Shown: one piece after another, positions 29,030 to 38,705 of the stretch
Position numbering within the stretch: the stretch's first letter is position 1
Layout of the letters: the number at the start of each line of letters is the position of its first letter
Source: Myxococcota bacterium
GTDB lineage: Bacteria; Myxococcota; XYA12-FULL-58-9; JALHOP01
NCBI GenBank assembly: GCA_041288095.1
Contig: JBGGMJ010000188.1
Location: 64,001-128,000 of the forward strand
DNA length: 64,000 nucleotides
Direction of reading: 5' to 3'
The notes under the pieces: model-generated
What the model saw: only the letters and a program-made list of their open reading frames with translations
The model's database searches: none
What the model was told of the DNA's origin: nothing
Translations under genes and position numbers: made by a program

Positions 29030-29680
29030 CTACTCGGTGCTACGGGCGGCTTTGCGGATGTCGGAGACGACGCGGCGGAAAGCTTGGCTCGGGTTCACGA
29101 ACTGCACGGCGAAGCCGCGATCGGTATGGCGGACCACCTTGGCGTTCGCCTGGACCTCGCCCGCCGACGCCCCCTGGTCGGCACCCTTGGGCGCGAGCAG
29201 AGAGAGCACGATGACTTTGCCGACCTCTGGAGGCTTCTTGCCGATCAACGCGGCGCCGTCGAGCGAGAGGTCGATGAGCTTGGTCTTGTTGCGCTTGCTC
29301 TTCCACCAACGCTTCGGCGCGTCGTCCTCGGGTGATTCCCACTCGACCGCGGTGTCGATGCTGACGCGCGCGTTCTGCTGTTGCGGAACGTAGCGCGACA
29401 GGAGCTCCTTGAGCTTGAGCTCGAAGTCGACGCTGGGCTCGACGAACTCGAGGCCGACCGTGCTCTTGGTGTCCCCGGCGATGCGCGCCTTGGTGCGGAT
29501 GCGCATGCCCTCGTGAACGATCTCGACGTCGACCGTTGTCCCTATCGGCCAACGCTTCGAGGTCCCAATCGACATGCCCCCCGGTGAGAGTGTGTGGGAA
29601 AGGCACGGTTCGCTTTTTCCGTCCCAGCGGACGATGACGCCAACCGAAATGTCGAAGCGCTGCTTGGTGCGTTCACTCAT
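29030..29680 (-). CDS. Tandem PilZ-domain protein
   Basis: RTKQR...LSPGG...GLEF and DLSLDG...AKVVRH...GFAVQF; ATGA overlap. Confidence 0.85.
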   Translation of the reverse strand: MSERTKQRFDISVGVIVRWDGKSEPCLSHTLSPGGMSIGTSKRWPIGTTVDVEIVHEGMRIRTKARIAGDTKSTVGLEFVEPSVDFELKLKELLSRYVPQQQNARVSIDTAVEWESPEDDAPKRWWKSKRNKTKLIDLSLDGAALIGKKPPEVGKVIVLSLLAPKGADQGASAGEVQANAKVVRHTDRGFAVQFVNPSQAFRRVVSDIRKAARSTE

Positions 29681-30411
29681 GTTCGCGATTCTGTTTGTAG
29701 AACACCAAGGGGGGGTAGGGCCAGTTTGAGGATGGCCCGGAGCGGCAGGTGATCGCTGGCTCGCCGGGCGGTCTCGGTCGCGACCACCTGAGCCCCCACC
29801 AGCGCCTCCCGGGGATGGACGTATACGCGGTCCAGGGCGAGAAATGGGCGCCGGGCCGGAAATGAGCGCAGGGGCGGCGTCCCCGCGTACGCGCCCTGGA
29901 GCCGGAGGAGGGTCGCTGCCCGCCAACGCCACTCGTTGAAGTCGCCCAGGACCACGGTGGGGGTCTTGCCGTCCACTGCCGCGAATAGAAGCTCGATTTG
30001 GCGGTTACGCTCCCCGTAGCGCAGGCCGAGGTGGGTATTGACCACGCGTAACGGGCCAAAGGGGGTTTCGAGGTCCACGTCGAGGGCGCCACGGGGCTCG
30101 CGGCTCTTCACCGACAGGTCGATCCAGCGGCGCTCGAGCACGGGAAAGCGGCTCAGGATGCCGTTGCCGGTGCTCACGTCCTGGCGGCGCACCAGGGGGC
30201 CAGCGACGCCGTGCATCTGGGTGAGCTCGGCGAGACGCTCGAGCTGGTTGCCGCTCGGGTTGTCGACAGCGTGGCAATCGATCTCCTGGACGCCGACGAT
30301 GGCGGCGTCGACCTCACGCAAGACGGTCGCGATCCGTCCGAGGTCGCATACCCCATCGGTCCCGACCGCCCGGTGGATGTTGTAGGTGGCGACGGCGAGC
30401 TCGGCCGCCAT
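29677..30411 (-). CDS. Endonuclease/exonuclease/phosphatase family protein (YbhP-like)
   Basis: TYNIH, GVQE, NTHLGL, GDFNEW, LDRVY and ASDHLP. Confidence 0.92.
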   Translation of the reverse strand: MAAELAVATYNIHRAVGTDGVCDLGRIATVLREVDAAIVGVQEIDCHAVDNPSGNQLERLAELTQMHGVAGPLVRRQDVSTGNGILSRFPVLERRWIDLSVKSREPRGALDVDLETPFGPLRVVNTHLGLRYGERNRQIELLFAAVDGKTPTVVLGDFNEWRWRAATLLRLQGAYAGTPPLRSFPARRPFLALDRVYVHPREALVGAQVVATETARRASDHLPLRAILKLALPPLGVLQTESRT

Positions 30412-32594
30412 CAGGCACGCACGGCCGCGGCGCCACGCCGTTCCGGGTAGACATCGCGTTTTGGCGTCCGCCCCAGCCGCCGGCGTAGCCAGATGCCGAC
30501 GCCCAAGAGCGCGAGGCCCACCGCCGCCGCGGTGACGAGCCCTTTCGGGTCACGGGTGGCGATGGCTTCGAAGACGCTCGCGCCGAAGACGTTGACGCTG
30601 ATGATGCCGGGCATGATGCCGATAGCGGTGCCGAGGATGAAGCGCGAGAAGCGCACGCCGGTGGCGCCGGCGATGACGTTGACGATGCTGAAGGGCGCGA
30701 TGGGCATCAGCCGAATGCTGACGACCGCGATGACGCCGCTCTTCTTGAAGCGGCTCACGAGGTAACGCATGCGCCGGCCGCCGAGCCGCTGAATCGTGTC
30801 CTTGCCGATGAGCCGGCCGATGCCGAAGGTGAGCGTACCGGACAGCAGCGCGCCGGTGAGTGCGATGGGAATGCCGCGCAGGGCGCCGAAGACCAGGCCG
30901 GTTTGCAACACCAGCAAGGTGAGCGGGAAGCTCAATAGGCCGGCCCCGATGAAGGCGATCACCGCGGCGCCCCACATCCACGGTTCGTTGCGCAACGGCG
31001 CGGCGAGCGCGGCGAGCCGCTTGGGATCGAGGATCTCGTGCAGCGGGGTGAAGCGATAAGCCACGGCGAGCAGCAACATGCTCACCACGATGGCGATTGT
31101 CCGCCATAGAGGACCAGAGGCCGAGCGTGCCTGCTCCTCGGGCAGCAGGGTGTCGAGCACCTTGTCGACGTCGATGGCGCTTTCCGGGTCGACGAGGCGC
31201 TCGTTGGGCAAGACGTCGTTCTTGAGCATGCTCGGCTCGGGAGGCCCGATGGGGGAAAGGCTGCGGGCGTTGCTCTGGCGCAAGCTATCGACCGCGCCGA
31301 TCATGCCGAGTCGCTCCTCCGCTTGAGCGTACATGTCCGGCGTGAGACCTAGATGCTCGGCGATGAGCCGGTGGCGCAAGCCATCGATGTGCTCGCGCGC
31401 CGCGAACGTCGTGCCTTCCCAGGCGATGTCGCACTCGCTGTCTAGGCCCATCGAGCGGTTCGACAGGTTCGACGAGCCGATGCGCGCCAAGCGGTCGTCG
31501 ACGATCATGACCTTGGAGTGGACGTTGATGCAGCCACCCTGGACGCCCGGCATGGTCGGGCAAAGGACGCGCAGGCGCTTGTGGCGGTCGGCTTCCGCGA
31601 GGAGCTCGAGCAATCGGCCGCGCAGGACGCTCATGGTGTTTTGCTCGAGCCATCCGGAGGCGATGCGCGGCAGGACCATGACGATCTCCGGGCCCTTCGG
31701 CGCTGTCAGCGAGCTGGTGAGCGCCTTGGTGATGCTGCGCGAGGTCAGGTACTGGCTCTCGATGTAGATGCGCGTCTGGGCGGCCGCGATGCTGTCGGCG
31801 TAGAGGTGCTCGACCTCGCGCACTTCGGCATGCTTGCCGCGGGCGCCGAACGTCCGGCTGATTCCGACGTCGATGTTACGCAGCTCGATGCCGAAGTCGC
31901 GCGGCCACGGGAGCTCCGAGCCGTCGACGACGTTGGCCTCGCGGTTGGTGACCGGCGCGAGACGCTTGCCGGTGGCGGCTCGCCAGCGCTCCCGCGCGAG
32001 GTCGCCCAGAGCTTCCGCGGCTTCGCCGGCCACCATGACCTGGACATCGTGGAACGGCGCGTAGGGTTTGCCTTCGTGTGTCCTTCTTAGCGGATTTTTC
32101 GGGGAGTGCTCAGGGGTGTCCCAGCGGCTTTCCGCGAAATCGAGACCACCGCAGAAGGCGACGGAGTCGTCGATGACCACGACCTTCTGGTGTTGCGAAG
32201 CACCGACGGGGTGCTCGGCGTCGAGCTTGAAGTGGACGCGCCGATGGGTGCGGGCCCCAAACGAGAGACGGGGCAGCACTTCGCGCTCGAGCGCGTAAAT
32301 GAGCGAAAAGTCCCACGCGAGGATGTAGACGTTCAGGTCCGGTGTGAGGCGCACCAGCTTGTCCAGGAAGGGCCCCAGGCGGTTCGGCAGCGCGTCGTGT
32401 GGGTCCGCCGGCCGGGTGAGCTCGAGCCGGCTGTCGATGTCCCAGCCCAGGATGAGGATCTGCCGTTGCGCTTGGCGCGCCGCGTCGGCGAACGCTCGAT
32501 AGTAGGCGTCGGCGTCGACGAGGACGGAGAGACGCGACGCCCGGGCCGTGCGCCAGCAGTTCCTTCCCGCCGTGAGTATGTTAGAAGACGCCAT
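30411..32594 (-). CDS. Phospholipase D-family protein with C-terminal VTT (SNARE_assoc) membrane domain
   Basis: Two intact HxKxxxxD motifs (HQKVVVID, HSKVMIVD), GSSNLSNRS, and RLMPIAPF VTT motif. Confidence 0.92.
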   Translation of the reverse strand: MASSNILTAGRNCWRTARASRLSVLVDADAYYRAFADAARQAQRQILILGWDIDSRLELTRPADPHDALPNRLGPFLDKLVRLTPDLNVYILAWDFSLIYALEREVLPRLSFGARTHRRVHFKLDAEHPVGASQHQKVVVIDDSVAFCGGLDFAESRWDTPEHSPKNPLRRTHEGKPYAPFHDVQVMVAGEAAEALGDLARERWRAATGKRLAPVTNREANVVDGSELPWPRDFGIELRNIDVGISRTFGARGKHAEVREVEHLYADSIAAAQTRIYIESQYLTSRSITKALTSSLTAPKGPEIVMVLPRIASGWLEQNTMSVLRGRLLELLAEADRHKRLRVLCPTMPGVQGGCINVHSKVMIVDDRLARIGSSNLSNRSMGLDSECDIAWEGTTFAAREHIDGLRHRLIAEHLGLTPDMYAQAEERLGMIGAVDSLRQSNARSLSPIGPPEPSMLKNDVLPNERLVDPESAIDVDKVLDTLLPEEQARSASGPLWRTIAIVVSMLLLAVAYRFTPLHEILDPKRLAALAAPLRNEPWMWGAAVIAFIGAGLLSFPLTLLVLQTGLVFGALRGIPIALTGALLSGTLTFGIGRLIGKDTIQRLGGRRMRYLVSRFKKSGVIAVVSIRLMPIAPFSIVNVIAGATGVRFSRFILGTAIGIMPGIISVNVFGASVFEAIATRDPKGLVTAAAVGLALLGVGIWLRRRLGRTPKRDVYPERRGAAAVRA

Positions 32595-32655
32595 CAGTTG
32601 TCGGTCCTGGGATGTTAAACAGCTCGGGGCCCACCGCAAGTTTGCGAGGTCTGCG

Positions 32656-33498
32656 ATGCATGACGCCGAACCGGTAGGGCAGGCACGACGGCAAGATGCC
32701 AAGGACCTGGTCCAGCTCGATCCCGACCATCCTGGGTTCCGCGACGCCGCCTACCGCAAGCGCCGCAACGACATTGCTCGCATCGCCGCCGAGTACAAAG
32801 AGGGCGATCCTATCCCAACGGTCGAGTATACGCCCGAAGAGCACGAGGTCTGGCGTACGGTATGGCGCTCGCTTGCGCCGGTCCATCAGAAGCACGCCTG
32901 CCGCGAGTACCTGACCGCTAGCGCCAACCTGAACCTTTCGCGTGAGCGCATCCCGCAGCTCGGCGAGGTCAGCGCGCGCGTGACCAAGCTCTCCGGCTTC
33001 CAGCTGCTGCCCGTCGGCGGCTTGGTCGAAGCCCGCGACTTCATCGGCAATCTCTCGCGCAACATCTTCCTGTCGACGCAGTACATTCGTCACCACAGCG
33101 TCCCGCTGTACACGCCCGAGCCGGACATCGTGCACGAGCTCGTCGGTCACGCCGCTAGCCTCACGGTTCCCGAGTACGTCGAGCTCAATCGCGCCTTTGG
33201 CCGCGCGGCCATGCGGGTCGACGACGAGACCTTGAAGGCGGTGGTGAACGTGTACTGGTTCACCGTCGAATTCGGTTTGGCGATGGAAGACGGTGACCCG
33301 AAGGCCTATGGGGCCGGGTTGGTGTCGTCGTTCGGCGAGCTCGAGAGCTTCAAGAAGAACGCGGAGCTCAAACCGTTCGTTATCGAGGACATCGGGCGGA
33401 CCAGCTACGACCCGACGCAGTATCAGAAGGTGCTCTTCGTGGCGCCTAGCTTCGAGCGGATGGTCAAGGAGCTCATGGCTTGGTTGGACGCGCTCTGA
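32656..33498 (+). CDS. phhA: Phenylalanine 4-monooxygenase
   Basis: DHPGFRD, STQYIRH, YTPEPDIVHELVGH, YWFTVEFGL and AYGAGLVSS. Confidence 0.93.
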   Translation: MHDAEPVGQARRQDAKDLVQLDPDHPGFRDAAYRKRRNDIARIAAEYKEGDPIPTVEYTPEEHEVWRTVWRSLAPVHQKHACREYLTASANLNLSRERIPQLGEVSARVTKLSGFQLLPVGGLVEARDFIGNLSRNIFLSTQYIRHHSVPLYTPEPDIVHELVGHAASLTVPEYVELNRAFGRAAMRVDDETLKAVVNVYWFTVEFGLAMEDGDPKAYGAGLVSSFGELESFKKNAELKPFVIEDIGRTSYDPTQYQKVLFVAPSFERMVKELMAWLDAL

Positions 33499-34033
33499 AA
33501 TCCCCCGGCAAGTTGATATTCCCAATCCCAGCCACCCGCGAAACGAGATCCCCCTCGCACAACAAAGCCCGAGCCCGCCGCTCTCCGCGTGCCAGCAGCG
33601 CCTCGGCGATACGCCCAAGCGCCCGATGATAGATCGCGCAAAGCGGCTCCACCCCACGCGGTGAAACCCAAGCAACCGCCAATCGCCCTCGCCGCCGCTC
33701 CGTCGCCAAGCGCGTGAAATCCTCGGTCGCGACCCCCGCGAGGTCACAAGCAACGACGAAGACCCACGGCGCACGCGTTACAGCAAGCGCCGTCGCAATT
33801 CCACGGAGTGGACCCTCATCGGGCCGCGAGTCGGTCACGATTCGTAGCGTACGCGATAGCGGATGATCCGCCTGATCCGCTCGGCCAACCGCGAACGCAT
33901 CATCGACGAGTGGCCGAAAGGTCGCGAGCAGCGTCTCGGACGTAGTCAGCCCCGACGGCAGCACCAAGCCCGCCTTGTCGATCCCACCCAACCGCCGGCC
34001 ATGCCCACCTATGAGCAACGCCAGGCTAATCAA
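33473..34033 (-). CDS. mobA: Molybdenum cofactor guanylyltransferase
   Basis: GGHGRRLGGIDKA, GPLRGI, VACD, EPLCAIY and NIN. Confidence 0.85.
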   Translation of the reverse strand: MISLALLIGGHGRRLGGIDKAGLVLPSGLTTSETLLATFRPLVDDAFAVGRADQADHPLSRTLRIVTDSRPDEGPLRGIATALAVTRAPWVFVVACDLAGVATEDFTRLATERRRGRLAVAWVSPRGVEPLCAIYHRALGRIAEALLARGERRARALLCEGDLVSRVAGIGNINLPGDFRARPTKP

Positions 34034-36657
34034 GCGCTGACGCTGGTGCCCGCGCTGATCGAGCTCATCTCGCTACGGGCCGACACCAAGTCCTGCAGCC
34101 ACTTCTCCCAAACGCGAATCACGGGCTCCCGCATCTCAGCCGGCGCGTTGGGATCGAAGCCACCGCTGTAGCCGGTGAGGAGCTGGAGCTCGCTGAATGC
34201 GATGCGCTGCACATGTGGGCTCGGATGGCGGAGGCTCGCGACCAGCCAGCTCTCGCGCGGACGGTTGTAGCTTGCCTGCCACCACTCGGCCCAACGGGCG
34301 ACGTCACGGCCGTGGGCTTGAGCGCATATGACCGCCAAAGCGGACGCAGACGCCGAGGCCAGCTCGGGTTGCGGCGACACCACCAAGGGAATGAGCGAGG
34401 GTACGGCGCGCGGATCGCGTAGCTGCCCCAAGACCTGCACGGTCGTGACCTGAACTTCGTAGACCGGCACTTTGAGCTGCTCGCGCAGACTCTGGAGGAT
34501 GCGGGCGTAGCCAGGCTCGCGCGTGTAAGAGCGCAGGGCGTCCGCCGCCAGGAACCGATTGCGTGGCTCGGTGTCGTAGAGGCGTCGCGCCAGGCCTTCG
34601 AGCGCGGGCGGGTAGGGCGTAACGAGCAGCATGTAGATGGCGAAGAGCCGTTGCGTGCGGTCGGGGCTGTCGAGGTGGCCGAGGACGACCGGTATGGCGT
34701 CGGAGCCGCGCGCGACCAGCAACGCCATCAAGCCGGAGCATTCGGCGAGCGGCGGGAGGGTTTGGTCGGGAGCGAAGGGATCGACCAGCAGCTTGCCCGG
34801 GAAGCGCGCTCGCAAGCTGTCGTCGAGCACGGTGCCGTACGGCAGGAGAGCGCCGATGGACGCGAGGCGGGCCTCGGGGTCCAAGGCGTCGAGCCCGTCG
34901 AGCAACATCTCGCGTGGATCGACACGTTGGCCGGCGACCTCGACGTTGGCTTGGACCGCGGCTGGCGCACCGAGGGGCGCCGAGAGCGACGGGGCCTTGC
35001 GGGCCTCGGCGATGACGTCCTCCCAAGTGACCGCTGGGGGGGCGGACGATTCGCTCGACGCCGGCTCCGGAAGCGGAGCCGCCTCGGTCTGCACGGTTTC
35101 GACCAACACGTCTTCCCAGCCGGAGACGGCGTCCTCGGGACTCTCGCGGTCGATGTCGGCGAAAGCGACATAGGCGCCCGGCTCGTGCTGCCGCGTGTGC
35201 GGTACCATCTCGATGTCGTCCGAGACGATCTCGGGGATCTCCTGGTCCGGAGCGAGTGGCGGCGTGTACATCGCCGGCTGCTGATCACTGGTGGCGTCGT
35301 AGCTGCCGTAAGCGGCCTGCGAATCCCCGGCGGGCTCGAAGGTCAGTGACGTCGCGTCGTGATGATCGTAGGTCACCGGCGTGCTGTAGGAATCGGGCGC
35401 ATCGTAGCTCACCGATTCGTAGCCATCGTCTGCTCGCGCGGATGCCTCCTCCGCGGCGGGCGGGGTAGGCTCACTCATGCCGGTCTCGTAGCTGACGTCC
35501 GCGAAGCTCTGTTCGTTGCTGGCTCCGCCTTCTTCGATGTGCACCGCGATCTCTTCGTCGGCGGGCGCCACCGTTGGCGCGGGCGGCGGCGGCACCAACA
35601 TCGCCTTGCGGCGGCGGATGAGATTTTCGAAGCACAGGCCGACACGATGGGTGAGGAGCAGCACACCCGAGACGCGGCGGGCGAGGACGCCGCGCGAGCC
35701 GTTGTCGGCGTAGAGGATACCGATGAGGCGCCCGCCCACGGTGAGCGGCGCGACGAACGCCGTCCGCGGTGGCGTACGACCGAGGTCCTGCAAGAGCTTG
35801 AGGTTGGCGGGTGTCTGCGGGATCGGTCCGAGGTAATGACCGCGCGTCTGCTGCACCGTGGCGAGCACGGACGGGATGACGAGCGGCTGCGACAGGCGCG
35901 CGACCCGCTGCGTCGCGGTCGGATCGGTGCTGCGCCAGCCGTCGATGCGGTCACCGTGCACCAGGAAAATGGCGACGAACTCGAACGTGCCGAGGGCGAT
36001 CTCGAGCAAGATTTCGACAACGCTATCGCGGTCATTCGCCGAATCCAGGCGCGCCAAGAGGCCCGCGACGTCCGGGCCGCCGCGCCGGGTCTCGCCGCGT
36101 GCGCGGCCGGGGCGGATCCGTGAAGCCGGCAAGCCCCATGACAACATGTGATCGATGGGCGCCGGCTCATAGAGCGGCGTTGGCCCGGTGCCGTCCAAGC
36201 GGGTGAGCAGGGCCGCGAAGCGCGGCAGCAGGCCCACGCCGTAGACGCGATGCATGGCGTAGTGCATGCGCGCCTCGGTGGTGATCGTGGCCGAGGGATG
36301 CAGACGGAGGCGCTCGCGGATCCGCGCGAATAGATCCTCGTCGGTCGCGCCGTTCACCAAGACACCGAGGTTGCCGCCGACGAGGCGATACGGCACCAGG
36401 CGATAGGTCTCCGCGAACACCAACGGAAAGATGCGCGGGATGTGCGGCTCGATGGCGTCGATGTCGCTCTTGTCGCCGGTGGGCATGCGGTAGGCCTCAC
36501 CGAGCGCGCGCAGAATCGTCACCTCGGGCACACCGAGCTCGAGCAAGTTGGTGTCGAGGCTGCCGCCGTGGACGACCTGACGCCGCGCCGCCTCGTCGAT
36601 GTCCGCCGCGGACACGAGGTGCTCGCCGAGCAGGGCTTGAACGAGCTGTTGCGACAT
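34030..36657 (-). CDS. FrgA-like protein: degenerate MshEN N-terminus, GAF-like region, acidic linker, HEAT repeats
   Basis: RQVVHGGSLDTNLLELG; GILYADNG; acidic/Pro-rich linker; LGQLRDPRAVPSLI HEAT repeat. Confidence 0.7.
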   Translation of the reverse strand: MSQQLVQALLGEHLVSAADIDEAARRQVVHGGSLDTNLLELGVPEVTILRALGEAYRMPTGDKSDIDAIEPHIPRIFPLVFAETYRLVPYRLVGGNLGVLVNGATDEDLFARIRERLRLHPSATITTEARMHYAMHRVYGVGLLPRFAALLTRLDGTGPTPLYEPAPIDHMLSWGLPASRIRPGRARGETRRGGPDVAGLLARLDSANDRDSVVEILLEIALGTFEFVAIFLVHGDRIDGWRSTDPTATQRVARLSQPLVIPSVLATVQQTRGHYLGPIPQTPANLKLLQDLGRTPPRTAFVAPLTVGGRLIGILYADNGSRGVLARRVSGVLLLTHRVGLCFENLIRRRKAMLVPPPPAPTVAPADEEIAVHIEEGGASNEQSFADVSYETGMSEPTPPAAEEASARADDGYESVSYDAPDSYSTPVTYDHHDATSLTFEPAGDSQAAYGSYDATSDQQPAMYTPPLAPDQEIPEIVSDDIEMVPHTRQHEPGAYVAFADIDRESPEDAVSGWEDVLVETVQTEAAPLPEPASSESSAPPAVTWEDVIAEARKAPSLSAPLGAPAAVQANVEVAGQRVDPREMLLDGLDALDPEARLASIGALLPYGTVLDDSLRARFPGKLLVDPFAPDQTLPPLAECSGLMALLVARGSDAIPVVLGHLDSPDRTQRLFAIYMLLVTPYPPALEGLARRLYDTEPRNRFLAADALRSYTREPGYARILQSLREQLKVPVYEVQVTTVQVLGQLRDPRAVPSLIPLVVSPQPELASASASALAVICAQAHGRDVARWAEWWQASYNRPRESWLVASLRHPSPHVQRIAFSELQLLTGYSGGFDPNAPAEMREPVIRVWEKWLQDLVSARSEMSSISAGTSVSA

Positions 36658-36680
36658 GAGCGGTCTCGACCCTCGTCCCG

Positions 36681-38705
36681 CTAGAATGCCGACTGCAATA
36701 CGTAGGGGAACACCACGGTAACCGGCTGACCCGTGAACTTCGGAAACTTCCAGGTCTTCACGCGACGCACCGTGCACTGCCCCATGGTGGAGCTCTTGAA
36801 CTGCGCGGTGTTGATGTCGGCGCCGGTGACGTCGCCTGACGGGTCGATGGTGAGCTGAACTTCCATCTTGCCGGCGAGCTTCTCGCCCTTACGCGCGGCC
36901 TCCGCGTAGCAGAGCTTCATCGAGGTGTTGTTGTCGTTGACCACCTTGTAGATGGCGTCCTGCGTGAGACCCTCGGGCAGGTTCGGCGTCTGAATGGAAT
37001 CCGGAGCCGCGAGCTTGACGTTGGCTTCCTGCTTGTCCTTGTCGTTGAAGAGCTGCTCCGCCATGGCGCGCTCTTCGCCCTGTGCCGGCGTCTCGGTTGT
37101 GCCCTCGGGGGGCTTTGCCTCGCCTGAATCCTTGGCCTCGCCGGCGCTCTTCGTGTCGTGCTTCGGGGCCTTGTCGTTCTTGCCGCCGGTTTCGCCCTGA
37201 TTGCTGCGATCGAGCAGCTTGCGGCGGAGGCTTTCGAGCTGCGCGCGCTTCTTCGGGTCGAGATCCTCGGCGGCGAGCTTGTTCTCGGTCCGCTCGAGCG
37301 CACGGTCGACGTTGGGGTCTTCCACCCCGGCGACGTCGTACACCGCGCCCATGCCCGGCAGCACGATGAGCCCGCGCATGTCCATGACGATGAAGCCGCA
37401 AATGAGCAACAGCACGACAGTGGTGATCACCGCGGCGATGCGGTTGTTGCGGCGCTTCTTGTAGATGCCGGCGGTCGCCATGTAGACGCGCGTCGAGTCG
37501 CCCGGCGGCTTGTCGAGGTAGTTCGGATCATCGACCAGGTGATCCATGCCCGAACCTTCTTCGGGCAGAGGCTGCTGGCCGCTCACGTCGTCGAAGGAGC
37601 CGAGGCCGAGATCGCCGGTCGGCTCGTGTTGGCCGATGGTGGCGCTCGCGAAGTCGTCGGTGGGACGCTTCGGTGCGTCGTCGATGATCTCGATGCCCTC
37701 CTGGAGTTGAACCGTGTCGGCGCGGCGCGATTCCCCGGCAGGTGGGGTGCTCATGACCGACGCGGCGAGAGCGGCGACGCGCGCATCGGAGACCACCATG
37801 GTCTCGGCCTTGTAGAAGCCGTGCGGCTCCTCGTCCGCGATCGTGATCTCGTCGGCGCTGGCCGCGAGCGCGTTGGGCGCGGCCGGCTCGCCGTTCATGA
37901 TCGACGTGGTCTCTTCGAAGATACCGCTCGAGACCTCCTCGAGGTCGGTGATGGCGATGTCGTCGGTGGGACGCCGTGCGGGGTCGTTGGCGGCGGCGCT
38001 TTGCGCGGCGGCTCGCTCCATCGCGTACTCGGTGACCGACGGATCGACCTTGGCTGACCCGCCCACCAGGGTTTCGGCGGCGACGACCGGAGCCGTCGCG
38101 GCGGCGAAGCGCTCGACGCTGCCCAAGCGCTCCCAATTGCCCATGCCGCTCTTCCACAAGAAGGTGCGGCGATCGATCTCGTTCCGCGACAACATCGTGT
38201 CGACGTTCGCCGCGGTCATGGGACCGCGCTGCTTGCCGGCGATGAGCACGAACCACTCGGGAGTCTCGCCCGACGGTCCAGGCTGGATGGGACGAGCTTC
38301 TTCGGACTCCGGTTGGACCTGGTCACCTTCGGCCGCGGCGGCGCGCAGCAAGTTGATCTGCTCGACCGAGACGATGCGAGTCGCTTCGCCACCGTCGTCG
38401 CCGAACGACACGTCGGGGCGTTGCGCGGCCTGCATGCCGACCTTCGTCGGTTGCGTCGACTGATCGCGCAGCTTGTTGATCTCGGCGACCGAGGCGATGC
38501 GTGTCGTCTCGACTGGCTCGAAGCTTCGCGCGGCCAGGGCATTGGCGGCGCCTTCGAGGATTTGCGCTTGATCGCCCCCATCTTTGCGACGCAAGCGAAC
38601 CACGTTGCCGCAGGTCTTGCAGGGAAACTTCAAGACCTTTCCCGGCGGCACCTTGTCGTCGGAGATGGAATAGCGCGTGTTGCACTTGGGACAGGCGAAT
38701 TTCAC
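36681..38705 (-). CDS. GltJ/AgmX-like protein (zinc ribbon, GYF_2, TM helix, TonB_C-like domain)
   Basis: CPKC...CKTC; WFVLIAGKQRGP...WKSGMGNW; TM helix; CY...GKM...C...W.FPKF...FPY. Confidence 0.85.
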   Translation of the reverse strand: MKFACPKCNTRYSISDDKVPPGKVLKFPCKTCGNVVRLRRKDGGDQAQILEGAANALAARSFEPVETTRIASVAEINKLRDQSTQPTKVGMQAAQRPDVSFGDDGGEATRIVSVEQINLLRAAAAEGDQVQPESEEARPIQPGPSGETPEWFVLIAGKQRGPMTAANVDTMLSRNEIDRRTFLWKSGMGNWERLGSVERFAAATAPVVAAETLVGGSAKVDPSVTEYAMERAAAQSAAANDPARRPTDDIAITDLEEVSSGIFEETTSIMNGEPAAPNALAASADEITIADEEPHGFYKAETMVVSDARVAALAASVMSTPPAGESRRADTVQLQEGIEIIDDAPKRPTDDFASATIGQHEPTGDLGLGSFDDVSGQQPLPEEGSGMDHLVDDPNYLDKPPGDSTRVYMATAGIYKKRRNNRIAAVITTVVLLLICGFIVMDMRGLIVLPGMGAVYDVAGVEDPNVDRALERTENKLAAEDLDPKKRAQLESLRRKLLDRSNQGETGGKNDKAPKHDTKSAGEAKDSGEAKPPEGTTETPAQGEERAMAEQLFNDKDKQEANVKLAAPDSIQTPNLPEGLTQDAIYKVVNDNNTSMKLCYAEAARKGEKLAGKMEVQLTIDPSGDVTGADINTAQFKSSTMGQCTVRRVKTWKFPKFTGQPVTVVFPYVLQSAF

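Noticed and set aside
32635..32646. CGCAA-GT-TTGCG palindrome between pld and phhA
   Set aside because: Too short to distinguish from chance without comparative data
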